From contig JBJBDC010000001.1 of the NCBI GenBank assembly GCA_047285535.1, forward strand, positions 448,136 to 512,135: a stretch of 64,000 bases of DNA, read 5' to 3'. Of the stretch, positions 31,669-43,374 are shown in pieces; positions within the stretch are counted from its first letter, which is position 1, and every line of letters begins with the position of its first letter. The notes below the pieces were generated by a model, which was given only the letters and a program-made list of their open reading frames with translations, did no database searches and had not been told where the DNA came from. The stretch comes from Synechococcus sp. GTDB lineage: Bacteria; Cyanobacteriota; Cyanobacteriia; PCC-6307; Cyanobiaceae. The position numbers were made by a program, and so were the translations under genes.

Positions 31669-31779
31669 TTAGCCGTGTAGCTGTATGAACCAGAATCCAG
31701 CAAGCTGCCAAGAGCTCCATAGAAAAATGGCGAGGAATAGCCAGTTGAGCCAGGCTGGACGATCTCGTTTCTCAAACAT
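31669..31779 (-). CDS. Small single-helix membrane protein (36 aa)
   Basis: MFEKRDRPAWLNWLFLAIFLWSSWQLAGFWFIQLHG; read manually. Confidence 0.7.
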   Translation of the reverse strand: MFEKRDRPAWLNWLFLAIFLWSSWQLAGFWFIQLHG

Positions 31780-31861
31780 CGAATCGGTGCATCAAACCTA
31801 TCAATTCTGGCGCATGATCAACTGATTTGATCACTGCTTGGTTCAGCCAGCAGCCCAAGTT

Positions 31862-32089
31862 TCATTGCGTTGGCACTGCACCAAGCCAATTAGCTCTTTG
31901 AAACGACACTTGGGATCCACCTGCGCGCTTCAGATCATGCATACCCTCGAGTTGGCGATAAACCGCTTTCAGCTGTCTCTGAATGTGATCGGTATGGGGC
32001 ATTGCATACAAACTCAACAGAGCATTTTCAATATTGACTTTGGCTTCAATCAGTAACCGGCAATCGGTGCTTCCAGGCTCGTAACTCAT
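31862..32089 (-). CDS. Conserved picocyanobacterial hypothetical protein
   Basis: MSYEPGSTDCRLLIEAK...HIQRQLKAVYRQLEGMHDLKR. Confidence 0.75.
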   Translation of the reverse strand: MSYEPGSTDCRLLIEAKVNIENALLSLYAMPHTDHIQRQLKAVYRQLEGMHDLKRAGGSQVSFQRANWLGAVPTQ

Positions 32090-32166
32090 GATTTTTCTTT
32101 AGTTCTAACCATTCAGCCTTTCTGCTGCGAATAGGATTGTGGCCATTTTTACCAAATGACAAAAGC

Positions 32167-32703
32167 TTATGGTTCTTGCTGTTGATTGCTGGATTCAATG
32201 AGATCCCAAGGTCGCTCTATCCCACCTTCGATGGCCCATATGCCTGCTTTGAATTGCTTTGCTGTTGTTTCCAGGTTTTGGTAGTTCAGATCATCACAAC
32301 GACCCAGATAACCATCGTAAGCAAACACGTGACCTTCGCTTACGAGTGGTGCCGTTACATCTTTTTTATCATTTATAAGTCGTGCAACAATTCTTCCATA
32401 AACATCGCGAGCTCGTAGTTCCATCAGCACGATTGAGCCCTCAGGTAGTTGCTTTCTCAGCGCCGTTTTGGCTTCGTTTGCCCAAGGTTGTTGTTGAAAC
32501 AGGGGGGCTTGTATGCAGGCAAGGCGAACGGCTCTCCCTTCTCCATTCAGTTCAACCAGCACTTCTTGACCATTGTTCACCCTAAGTACAGTGACAGCTT
32601 GGGTGGGATGCGATTCATCTGCGTTTAATGCCTCAGGCGTTCCTCCTATGAGTAAAAGGAAAATTATTACTCCTTTTGCTATGGACATTCTGTTTTCTGA
32701 CAT
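32167..32703 (-). CDS. Thermonuclease (SNase-like) family protein, secreted
   Basis: VRLACIQAP, RDVYGRIVARL, LVSEGHVFAY, AGIWA...RPWD; start uncertain (32721, 32703 or 32688). Confidence 0.85.
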   Translation of the reverse strand: MSENRMSIAKGVIIFLLLIGGTPEALNADESHPTQAVTVLRVNNGQEVLVELNGEGRAVRLACIQAPLFQQQPWANEAKTALRKQLPEGSIVLMELRARDVYGRIVARLINDKKDVTAPLVSEGHVFAYDGYLGRCDDLNYQNLETTAKQFKAGIWAIEGGIERPWDLIESSNQQQEP

Positions 32704-32717
32704 GACCTTCATTTTGT

Positions 32718-34816
32718 TCAACTAACGAACAGCATCTCTCGATATGACGCATGTGGCTAGGCATTGTCATCGACAAAGACTTCAAGATCATCAACAAGTT
32801 TGCGCAGCTCAAGGAGGTGTGGCAGCAAAACAGCATCAGCTTGGCTCATTGAGGTTCTTGGCTCGCCTCGGTGCAGCTCATGGAATTCATCTTCAAGTGT
32901 TGAGGTCTGAGCTGGCCTCCGTGTTTGTAGTTCAGTTACCCGTTGCAGTGAGTGATGATCGGGATTCAGTCCTACAGCTTTTAGCTCTGCATTTGTTCGG
33001 GCATGAGACCTCTGATGTTGTTGAACCGTGGTGCTTATTTGTCTGTCCTCGATGCTATTAACCTTTGGCTTTAACCCTACAGTCTGGGTGTATTGATCGT
33101 TCTAGACCTTGTAACGACTCTCCTGCTCAATCGTAGTCATCAGTCTGTGTCTTTGGATGTGATCTCTTATTTCATCACGTTGCAGGACTGGAAAGTCTTC
33201 GGCTGTGTTCTTGAGATGTTCCAACCCCTGTTGTTTCATTGCTTCTTGATGCCATACGTCAGAATATCCATCACTTTCTAAGACATCAGAAGCGTCTCGA
33301 TAGACTATCAAGTTTTTGGTCGCTGATCCATTCAATTTACGCAGCCATCACAGTATTTATCGCAATGAGCGGTCCAGATAAGGACTCACCTGATCCCATT
33401 GCTCTGATTTCAAATCTATTGACATTAAATGCAAAGGGCGTCATTCGATTCCCTTGCTTGCATCTCTTTTGAACTCGGGAAGGCTGGAGACTCCGAGATG
33501 CATGACATTTCCTGTTCTGCTGCCAGTCACTTAGCCATGTTGAAACTGCTGGAAAAACTTTTCTAATGATGGTCGAGATCCACTGAACTGATCGCCGGTG
33601 ATGCCTCTTTTGCACTATGTCGTTGATCGTCACCAGCGGCTGTGACCATAGCCCTAAGCCATGGACCATTTCCATGAACACCTTGGATTACTGCGGCTTC
33701 GCAAAGCAGGAACTGCAAATTGTTGTGTGCTGTATCTCTAGGATCAAAAAGATTGCCTTGCTTTGTTGTCCTCATATCAATTGACATGTTTTCCAGAATT
33801 TTTAAGTCTTGAAAATGGATTTTCATGTATAACGACTTGAACTCGTGAAGTTTGCCCGCGCAGCTCAGCAGTGTCATGATTATTGGCTGATGATCTGTCG
33901 CGACGTTGCCAGTCTCATGGATAGAGCCATTCTCGAACTGAGCTGGTGCAACTTCGTTAACTCCTCTTTTGCTGGTATTCCGATTTATACAGCTAATTCA
34001 CACATTCTTCATCTACACCTGCTTGTGTTTAGTTATGGCATCAAAATCATGACCGTCGAATTGCTGGCACTTAGGCCAGGGGCTTCCAACTATTGATCTG
34101 CCAGGGAGAGGAAGATCTGGACCGAATTTTGATAATTGATTAGCCATTAGGATCTATTGCTGCTCACCATCGCATGAACCATTATCTGCCTAGCAATTTG
34201 TAGTCCCGAGCGAGCATAGTACTCGCTTTCCTTGTCCATTCATCGCCAAATTCGAGTGTAGCATTGGAATTTGTCTCTAGTGCCACAGTTGTCCATCTCA
34301 CGAATTCACTGTAGATATAATGCCTTACTTCATTTGGCGTATGCATTATGTCTACAGTTCATGTGATGTACCTCGTAGTACAAACACGTGCTTTGGGGTT
34401 TGATCGAATTCCCCGATTTGGAACTGAGTTTGGATCAGGTTCTCTTTCTACGAGTTATTTGTAGGAAAATCATGGAGCGCTGGTGCTTCTTTCTGCTAAC
34501 TGATGATATTAAATCTTTTCTAGTGTTGAGTTTGTCAGGAGATCAAACACGTGGACGTAATAGTGATCTCCGTTGTTAACTACCTATTCTCTCATGGAAT
34601 GAGCCATAGATACTGGATCTTCTATATTCATCTTGCCCATATCGTAGATCTCTCGTCCCACAATTTAGAATACGTCTTTAGTCAGTACGATTTTGATTCT
34701 CTTCAAGTTGATTACATCCCTGTTTCTGACTTATTCAACCGCAATAACTTCCTTACATGTCTTTGGCCTAAATTGTTGAATTGATGGAATATGAGGAGAA
34801 GAGACGGATATGGCCT
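32718..34816 (-). pseudogene. glnN: Glutamine synthetase type III pseudogene (full length, heavily decayed)
   Basis: Ordered fragments HYYVHVFDLLTNST, EPDPNSVPNRGIRS, QGNLFDP..AHNNLQFLL, NRMTPFAFNVNRFEIRAMGSGESLSGPL, DGYSDVWH, YREMLF* over ~2.1 kb. Confidence 0.9.
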
Positions 34817-35145
34817 CGCAAGTTTCCCACGCAGGTGTCTTAATCGTCTTCCCTAAGTGAGACTCTACGCTGAACGCCAACCCATCACATATTTCTAATT
34901 CATCGCATCTGTCAGGAGCATATACAATCTTTTGAATCTACATCATGTTTGACCTGTCTATCTTTATTTGATTGTACAAGTAATGTCTTCTTCGAGATTC
35001 GGTTTGATGATTTGTTTAGATATTAAAACGTGAGAAATATTTCTCAAAAAATACATCCCGAAACATTCTGGCAAGTATAGATTGGCTTATGTTATAGATC
35101 CCGTTTGAATTTAACTTTTTTATTTTGAATCTTTTTTTTTTAATA

Positions 35146-35778
35146 ATGGCTATTTCTTCTGAACATGATCGTCTTTATTTTCCAGCAGCTGAGCGGAACT
35201 GTGTTCCTATTGGGAACGCACTGTCTAAAATCCTGCCAGATACAGGTTCGATTTTAGAAATAGCGAGCGGTAGTGGAGAGCACGCTGTCGTTTTTCAGCG
35301 CCTTTTCCCCTGGATTCTCTGGCAAGCCAGTGATTCTAATCCAGTTCACTGTAAAAGTATTGCTGCTTGGATTCATCATGAAAATCTCTCTTCCGTGATG
35401 CCGCAACCATTGGAACTCGATGTTCTCGACAATTCATGGATGATACCTGAGATCGTATTGTCTCAACTGAAGATCATCATTTCTATCAATCTTATCCACA
35501 TCGCTCCTTGGAGATGTTGTGTATCTGTGATCCAACATTCATCGGAATACCTTCCCGTAGGCGGTCGCTTAGTTTTCTATGGGCCTTTTCGCCGAAATGG
35601 TGAACATATCAGTGTCAGTAATGAGATTTTTGATCACAGTTTACGACAACGTAATTCCTCTTGGGGTGTGCGTGACCTCGAGTCTGTGGTGGAACTCTGT
35701 ACTTACTATGGAATGGAACTAATGGATATTGAAGATTTACCTGCTAATAATATTTTTGTTATTTTCAAAAAGAAATAG
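35146..35778 (+). CDS. DUF938 family SAM-dependent methyltransferase
   Basis: FPAAERN, ILEIASGSGEH, INLIHIAPW, YGPF, WGVRD, LPANN. Confidence 0.9.
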   Translation: MAISSEHDRLYFPAAERNCVPIGNALSKILPDTGSILEIASGSGEHAVVFQRLFPWILWQASDSNPVHCKSIAAWIHHENLSSVMPQPLELDVLDNSWMIPEIVLSQLKIIISINLIHIAPWRCCVSVIQHSSEYLPVGGRLVFYGPFRRNGEHISVSNEIFDHSLRQRNSSWGVRDLESVVELCTYYGMELMDIEDLPANNIFVIFKKK

Positions 35779-37633
35779 TGTTCGTTCTATCAAATTCTGC
35801 CTTCTTGTCAAATATTTACGCTGATACGATTGATACCCTGGTTATCTGTAGATAGCCTTTCGTTATTATGTTCATTTTTATTAACTTAACTTCGCTGTTT
35901 AAGGGTGATACATCGTCTATTTTATGTCTGTTCTTCGTAGTCATAGAGATTTTATTCCCTTCTCAATAAGGTTTTATACGCATTAAGTTACGTCCAATGC
36001 CATACTCAGGTGCTCATCCTTCCAGTCAAGATATAAGTTGATACTTTTCATGCTGTTGTATTATGAGTATTCTTTATTGTGTAATATTCTTAATAATTTA
36101 TATTTTTTGCATTTGGACTCTTCTATCAGATTGAGTCGGATTTCACATTTAGATTGATAAACCGCTAAAAGTCCATTTCCTTAATTAAACAATTTATAAC
36201 CATATAAATATTCACCCAAGTCAACCAAATGACTGATCACTTTTATTTAGCGACTAAAAATATAGTGATTAAGTACCTTTCATTCAATTCAATAACATTG
36301 CAATACTAAGCAATTTTCATTCACGCTGATGACAGCCTTTGCTTGTTGTATTTGTTTTATCTAATGTGAGATCTTTTAATGCAAATTGCAATTAACTAGG
36401 CAAGAATGAATCGTAATTATAGGTGGAAGATATTTATTTTCGTATAGACATCTCTGTATTGGATATGACCCCCCAAGTGGAGGGTTTTTGCAACCGGTGT
36501 GATCCCCATCACCCAGCCCATCAAATATTAGATCGAGTCTTTTCTGGAAGGATGCTTGTTCTCCACCAATTTATGCAGGCACTCCACAAATCGAGCAAGA
36601 CCTTGATCTCTTTCCCACAGCCTGGGGAAAATGCTGGGTAAATAGTGTTGTTTGGCTAATTTTGTGGAAAATAGCGGAATGTATGTCATGCTTGTGGTCC
36701 CCATCACCCACCCCGCTTAGCCTTCGCTTAGCGGGGATTTTTGTTGCAGGATGTTAACTGCCAGTGGCTCTAATGGTATTGAGCAATTTCGGCCATACTT
36801 CCCTCAACGTTGCACTATCGAGTGTTGAGAATAGGAAAACAATAGACCAATTCATATTTATTATCATATATTGAATCTGCATATTTTTAGTTCTATAACT
36901 ATCCACTGATCTAGTTTTTAGTCTCTACGCAGCCATAAGCTTTACTGCTTCGGCAAATATTGATCTATTCTTTTCCGCGTGAACGATATTTGATTTATTA
37001 AATGTATATTAGACTGCCTATTCTCATGAATATATCTGTAAATCTCTAGTTTTTCCGGCACTATGCCTCTAATTAAATGGTAGTTTTTACTTATCACTTT
37101 GCCTTCGGTTGTCATATCACTATTATGATCATCATGGTTTGATTGACTGCAATTAATTTTTAGTTGTGGAATATTTGTTAGGATTGTTAACCTGGCATAT
37201 ACGTCCTTTGTTCTGTTATTTTGCTGTTTAGGTCCTAATTATCCTTGCAAACTTACTCTGTGATTGTTTCTAGTATTGAAATTGAATACATTACTTGCTT
37301 TTCATTTTATCAATATCACTTTATTAACATATTTTGCTAGTGATTTATGTTCTTCATAGGCCTCAATTCCAGCTTATTGTCGATTAAACCAGATTCAATA
37401 TGCAAGCGATTCATGCAACTTTTAATATAACCTTGCTTTAGATCTTTGTATTTGCAAGTATGCAGTCATTGAACTCGTATTTGTTTCTAGTAATGCTGAT
37501 ATCAATTTTTATTTTAGGACTCTAGGCCAAGATTCATGACTATAAGAGCGTAACTCTTGATTTATGTGAATCGTCTTTCACTCAAAAACTAATTGTAATT
37601 ATTTATCTCTAGTATTTAGTAGGTGTCTGCTTG

Positions 37634-37906
37634 CTAGATTTTCTCAGTTTTAGGGCTAATTGATACTGTTTGATTTAATTCAAAAGCTTTATCAGACGTC
37701 TCAGGTTCCGTCACATCCGAGTTGGCATTGATCCAGATAATACCAGAATCTCTGATTATGCATATTAACTCATCGCTTCTAATTAATCTATACGTAGAAG
37801 CATTTTTTGTACAGAGCTCCTTGGCCTCCATGAGCGCAGCATGAATATTGTCGATCTTGGTACAGGATTTCCATCCATCTGGCGTTAGCCTCTCGATATT
37901 GACCAT
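37634..37906 (-). CDS. Hypothetical protein (90 aa)
   Basis: Clean ATG ORF in an AT-rich region. Confidence 0.6.
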   Translation of the reverse strand: MVNIERLTPDGWKSCTKIDNIHAALMEAKELCTKNASTYRLIRSDELICIIRDSGIIWINANSDVTEPETSDKAFELNQTVSISPKTEKI

Positions 37907-38483
37907 GAGTACTTTTACTTACTACATGCAGTTTCTCGCAAGGTTGTGGCAAGAAGCAAGAAAAGTGTTCACATCCATACTGAAAAATCTTGTCGCCTGC
38001 TCATTCTTTATATTTAAGGTCTATATTTACAGAATTTTCGATGTTTTACTGAGATAGCGAGAGCATCTTATCAATCTTCTTTCAGGGTTTCCATGTTCTG
38101 CTATGGGACTAACTTTTTCGATAGTTCTTTGTCAATTATCTAATTTTGCCTTATTTGTTATTGGAAACTGTGTGTCCGAAACTGAGATTTCTTTGATCGT
38201 TTAAATAGTAATATCTTTCTGGTTTAAGGCGTTGATATGTCTATGACTTTTCGGGTTATCAGGCATGACAATACCAATACTTTAGCGATTTCAAATGGAG
38301 TTGATGGTTGGATTCGTCTGGCTTCCTCTAACACTAATGGTAATTATATTTTTAGTGATGATCGACTTACACCATTGATGATTTATTGTTTCAGTTATCC
38401 TCTTCATGTCTTTATTTTTTGCTCGAAGGTATAAGTTATAAGTCGTTTTATATATTGCTTTCTATTTGTTGCCTATTGTTGAG

Positions 38484-38753
38484 ATGCCTTTTCCATCCTC
38501 CATGCTTTTAAAAGAAGTACAGCCCTTTGCTCTTTATCACTCAGCTAGGCGTCGCAGGCAAGCGACAGCTTTCTTGGATGAGGTTGCTAGAAACTTTGTT
38601 CTACGCGATAGGATCAGTGTTGCCAATAATGATGATGATGTAGTCAGAATTGCCAATGAATTTGGTTTTTCTGTATCAACAGCTGATATTTGGCTTTTTC
38701 AAGACAGAGACTTTAAACGAAAAGTGGGAATTCGTGGTTGGTATTCTAGTTGA
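38484..38753 (+). CDS. Nif11-like domain protein without a GG site or core
   Basis: QATAFLDEVARNFVLRDRISVANNDDDVVRIANEFGFSVSTADI. Confidence 0.65.
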   Translation: MPFPSSMLLKEVQPFALYHSARRRRQATAFLDEVARNFVLRDRISVANNDDDVVRIANEFGFSVSTADIWLFQDRDFKRKVGIRGWYSS

Positions 38754-39629
38754 ATTTAACAGATTGAGTTCCTAGGCTTTATGTACTTTTTGTCCCGTTA
38801 TAGTATCTTTTTGGCAAGCAAACTGTATATACCTAGGTCCTTTTCCTTTGCTTTTTCGTATTGATGTTTTCAATTGACTTTTTATTTCCGGATTTTAAAC
38901 GTTTGCTCGCTTAGTAAACTAGACCTAACCCTTTTTTGATATTGGTCCCTTTTTATATTTACCTTGATCTGTATTTAATTATTTTTAGAGAGCTCTCTTC
39001 CACACCTATATTTGCATTTGCCGTAGTCACTATCTTCTTCAATACTATGCGTCAGTTTCTATCCTGATTCTAGTACGCATTATTCGTTGCCTGCTTTTGC
39101 TTCTCTCTTCTGGTAATGGCCGACTGTTTCGGCTTAATTTGGTGTTCAGGTCAATCTGGGATCTCGAGACTCTTGACACCCCGTCGACTTTGATCATTAG
39201 AGTTGTTCTGCTCCAATGATGTGTTGACCTTGGGATCCGCATGTCATCTATTGTTCCTCATAGTGAAATAAGGTATGAGTAGTAATCCTCAATGATTTCA
39301 GAAAAATGGCAATTTTATGGAAGAGGCAATCATTCTTAGGCGTGAGGCCGTTGTGAACTAAGCAATGGCGTTTCCATTTCCTCCTTGATTGCTAATGATG
39401 GAGTGATTCTGGTTATGGTCCATAACATGATGTTTATCAGCGTCCTTGATCCTAGCTATTCACTCTGAGTTGAATGTAATTTGCCCTGATTACTATTGAC
39501 TTTGAATCTTAGATAAGTCTGCCTATGTGATATTGACAAGTTTTTAATACTGTTCAATGTCTTATGCCACTGCCAATTTCTCCTTGATTCGAACCGTGTT
39601 TTATGCTCAATGCTCTGTTTGTTCTAGGC

Positions 39630-39810
39630 CTTATGCCCCGAAGCTGATGATATAGAACTGTATCGTGCACTTTTGGGCAATGATGAATTCCATGATCAGC
39701 AGTCCATCGCCCGTCATTTTTCTTTAGTCGAGCGAGTTCCTTGTCCTTTGGACGATTCCCGATAACTGAATTTGCTTTATGCAGACCTTTTTCAAACCCT
39801 TCCACGCCTC
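39630..39810 (-). pseudogene. Possible high-light-inducible protein (hli) remnant
   Basis: ELARLKKNDGRW then frameshifted MEFIIA resemble a decayed ExxNGRxAMxGF motif; weak. Confidence 0.3.
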
Positions 39811-40070
39811 AAACTGTCGGGGATCAATTCAGTCTTTTGGCTGTGATTGTGGGTTAGCAGCAGTTCTGCAATGGTCGGATACTCTGGTTAAGGTTATTCC
39901 GATGACAGTCTATCTTAGCTTTGAATGAATGATGAAGGGGCAGATTCCTCTCGTATTCACCATAGAGATCAAGTTTTTCTTCTCTAGTCGTCCTTAATGA
40001 TCGCTTGAATCATTCTCGCCAATGCAAATCCCTCATGATCGCCTTAGCCAGCTATTTATCAGTGATAACC

Positions 40071-40259
40071 TCACGATTCTAAGAAGTGTTGTTGTCGTTC
40101 CCCTGTATTGGTTGCTGGCTCAAGATGCTTGGTAATGCACATTGTTACGCAGGCTCCATCGTTGAGTCCGCAACTTGTGACGCACTCCAAATAAGCATCG
40201 ACCGCATCCCATCTTTCTGTGATTGTTTTGCATGCGTGTTCATTCTTGAACGCTCTCAT
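40071..40259 (-). CDS. Small Cys-rich conserved hypothetical protein
   Basis: DAVDAYLECVTSCGLNDGACVTMC (Cx3Cx6Cx3C). Confidence 0.7.
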   Translation of the reverse strand: MRAFKNEHACKTITERWDAVDAYLECVTSCGLNDGACVTMCITKHLEPATNTGERQQHFLES

Positions 40260-41250
40260 TAGATTCTCTCGTCTTCCAATTGCATACGACGGTTTTTCTT
40301 TATTGACAAGTTAATTATTGCGATATAAATAGTTCCTAGGTTGATATGCTCAATTCGAATTGATTTTGGCCTTGTACTAAGCCTTCCTTGAAGCTTTGTT
40401 CTATTTTTTCATTGGCTGTTGACTCTTCACCGTTGTAAGGGAAATCAGACCCTTTTAGCGGATTTAGTCCCGATCGATGTTCAATGCTGGATTATGGATG
40501 ACAAGAAGAGGTGAAAAAATGCGTATATAACAATACCGATTGAGAGTGCTGGAACTGTAAACTTCATGGCTTGTGTTGTCAGTGCTTTCAATTTAATAGG
40601 CGATATTGAGGGGTTTGGCTTCAATAACTACATAATTCTTCTAACTGGTGATAATACCTATTGTAGTGAATGACGAGTTTTCGAGATTAATTCGAGTCGA
40701 TATGCGTTCTCAGGATTAAGTCTTCCTTGTTTTATTTAGAGATAGATTGACTTCAATGATTTCTTTCTGTTGATTTTATGTATACGGCACTAGTCATTAT
40801 GATTCTGTTGTTCAACAAATGTGAGTTGGGTTTGTTGTTCTGGTCTTGCCTTGCGTCAAGGCTTTTTCTCTTTTGTGATTTTACCTAGAACGGATCTTGA
40901 TACCTTTATTTTTATTGTCAGTTTAACCATACTCTTGTTATTCAATGGCTGCGAGGAGATTTAGATTGTGAATAATAAGGCGCTTTTGAATAATTATTTT
41001 GGTATTAATGCTCCTAGGTTACTACATTCTGGCTCGTCTATTCTGTCTCGTCATGTTTTGGGGATTCCTTTAATCTATGTGTTTGGGTTCAATCTCTGTT
41101 TGCATCCTTGTTGTCTTAGGATTTTTGCTCCTGAACCATATTCGCTGTTTTTTCTACTTGATGAGGATTCATGTTTTGGTTGTTTGTAATTATTTTGTAT
41201 GCGATGTCTTGTGACATACTATTGCTCTTTGCTAATTCTTGTTTGTTATG

Positions 41251-41466
41251 TCAGTGGCCATGGGCAGCAAGTATTGATCCACAATCCTTATTGTAGTTCC
41301 GATTTGAGATTCCAAGATTTCTCTTTTTTTGTATCATGCAGGCTGCTACTTGAGGGCTTGGTACAACAAGTGGACCAAACGATACAGTTGCACTCTGATT
41401 TGCAAGTGTTGGTGATGCATTGAACAAATTGATCACTAATCCCATCGATAAGATTGCGAATTTCAT
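41251..41466 (-). CDS. Secreted microprotein, paralog of 44548-44766
   Basis: Signal peptide; TVSFGPLVVPSPQVAAC...KR...NYNKDC. Confidence 0.75.
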   Translation of the reverse strand: MKFAILSMGLVINLFNASPTLANQSATVSFGPLVVPSPQVAACMIQKKRNLGISNRNYNKDCGSILAAHGH

Positions 41467-42651
41467 GTTCGTTTCCTTGGCTTGATGTACTAAGAATCAT
41501 TCATTTCGGTCCTGAATAAATGAGTGCTTGCTGAGGAGTTCACGTGATTGCTTTTAGATGTCGTTCATATGAGTAATCGGTGAGTGTTTAGTATGAGCTA
41601 CTTTAGATGTCTTCAATTGCTCTTTAATGTGTTACTAATAGGCAGGAAGCCGAAGTTAATTGTGTCTGAGATATTCCTTCTGGTTTGTTTTTAAGACCTC
41701 ATACGAGGACCAGAGGCTATTGCTTAGACAAGGCGGTTCTGCATGGTTGTTTCCACCACACCCTCAAATTCTTTGTTCTGCTGTATCGGGACGGACATTC
41801 GCGAGCGACCATCAACATGATTTTTTGCCCTTGAGAATCCAGGCTTAACCCCCAGGCAGGGCTTCGCTTGAGTGGTTGTTGACCCTGTTCGGTCCAGCGA
41901 CTCTTTCAACCTCACCATCACTGATTCATGCTGGACGCAACCCTTCTTCTTGTCCCAGCAGTGCTTTAGGCGAGTTCAGTCCTCGGTTGTTCCATCCACT
42001 TTGACGTCATCAGGATGATTCTTAATGGCCATGACTCCTTGTTTGGCTCATATCACCACCATCGGGAACAGATGAGATGTCCCTTCTCATGAAGCGTGAA
42101 CAGCAATGCATCCTTTAACGTCGCCTTCCGTTTTGGCACCTTGATGATGGCTATTTGATCCGGTTTCCCACTAGTGGATGGATGTTGGTTTGATGGCAAG
42201 GATCGATTCCACTTCAGTTTCAAGCGCAGCTGCACGATATGAATACTGTTCTATTAGGTGTCCAGTGCCTCTGTTGGTTCCAGCCATGCAACGGATGAAA
42301 AGGCATGATTTTCTTCAACTTCTTCAGATGCTGTTCGCACCATGCTTTAGTAATGTTGATTGATCAGAATTTTTTGCTTGACCAGATCCCTGTGTCCTTT
42401 GATTTGGGGATGCATGCAAAGTAGTCCTCACAGTATTTCGCATTGAAGTGGTTTGGGCGATGAATCTCTCTCCCCCTTTGGATGCTTCTTTCTTCGACTT
42501 TCAAATCTTCAATCCTTTCTCATTGGCTAGGTCGAGCGATCTACACCGAGATCCCTAGAACCTTGAAAATTGATGTGTTGCTCGTAGTGGGACGTAGGTA
42601 TGGCTGTTCTGGGTGCTTTCCTGCTCTCTTTTCAGCTGTTCGTCATCAGCT

Positions 42652-43374
42652 TCAGGATGGCATTGACTCCCAACGATGCAGTTCATCTTGAAAGGGTGAT
42701 TTTTCCAGTAGAGGTAGAAGACCTAGTTTTTCCCTCCAGTCGGCCAGGGGGCGTTCCCACCCTTCTTCCCATCGGCACCCTTCGATGAACGTACCAGCAA
42801 GGCCGACTTGAATGCCGAAGCTAATGCCAGCCCAGATCATGCGATGTTCGGTTGGTTCCATGAAGCTGCGTGTCATCCACGTCGCTAGTGGGGCTATTAC
42901 GCCTGCCTCCTGCATTGAGATAGCGTAATACGCGCTAGTTGCTGCTTCCCCAGCAATTGACACAGGGAAACCGAGCACTAAATGATGGATATCATGAGTA
43001 ATCCTTATTCGGCTATTAAAATACTCTTCATCATCACCACGTTTTATAATCTTTTCAACGGATTTGTTTTGCGCTGAAAGCTCATCGATGCCTAGGCCCT
43101 TCATCCTTTGTTGTACGCAGTAGCCAAGACTGTTGATCGGCATAGCGCCCATTTCTACAGGCGATGGCCAGGTCCCGACGTAGCGTTCTTCAATAAGAGG
43201 CTTGACTTGAGGGTGCTCTAGGAGTTTTTTGAACGTCTTTTTCTGTAGGTCCCACTTGAGGATCGTGCCAAGGTACTTGTTGTGTTGGAGAAGATGATCC
43301 GGATCTTTTGCGGACTGAAGGATGCTCAATCCCAACTTCATCGCGTCTTCTCGTAATTCCGTTCGAGTTGCCAT
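42652..43374 (-). CDS. Coq4-family protein
   Basis: MPINSLGY, RITHDIHHLVLGFPVSIAGE (HDxxH..E), RWEEGWERPLADWREKLGL. Confidence 0.85.
   Translation of the reverse strand: MATRTELREDAMKLGLSILQSAKDPDHLLQHNKYLGTILKWDLQKKTFKKLLEHPQVKPLIEERYVGTWPSPVEMGAMPINSLGYCVQQRMKGLGIDELSAQNKSVEKIIKRGDDEEYFNSRIRITHDIHHLVLGFPVSIAGEAATSAYYAISMQEAGVIAPLATWMTRSFMEPTEHRMIWAGISFGIQVGLAGTFIEGCRWEEGWERPLADWREKLGLLPLLEKSPFQDELHRWESMPS

Noticed and set aside
32633..34784. Many short ORFs as separate genes
   Set aside because: They are fragments or antisense shadows of the glnN pseudogene.
36560..36680. Replication origin
   Set aside because: Only one exact TTTTCCACA box and no dnaA or dnaN context.
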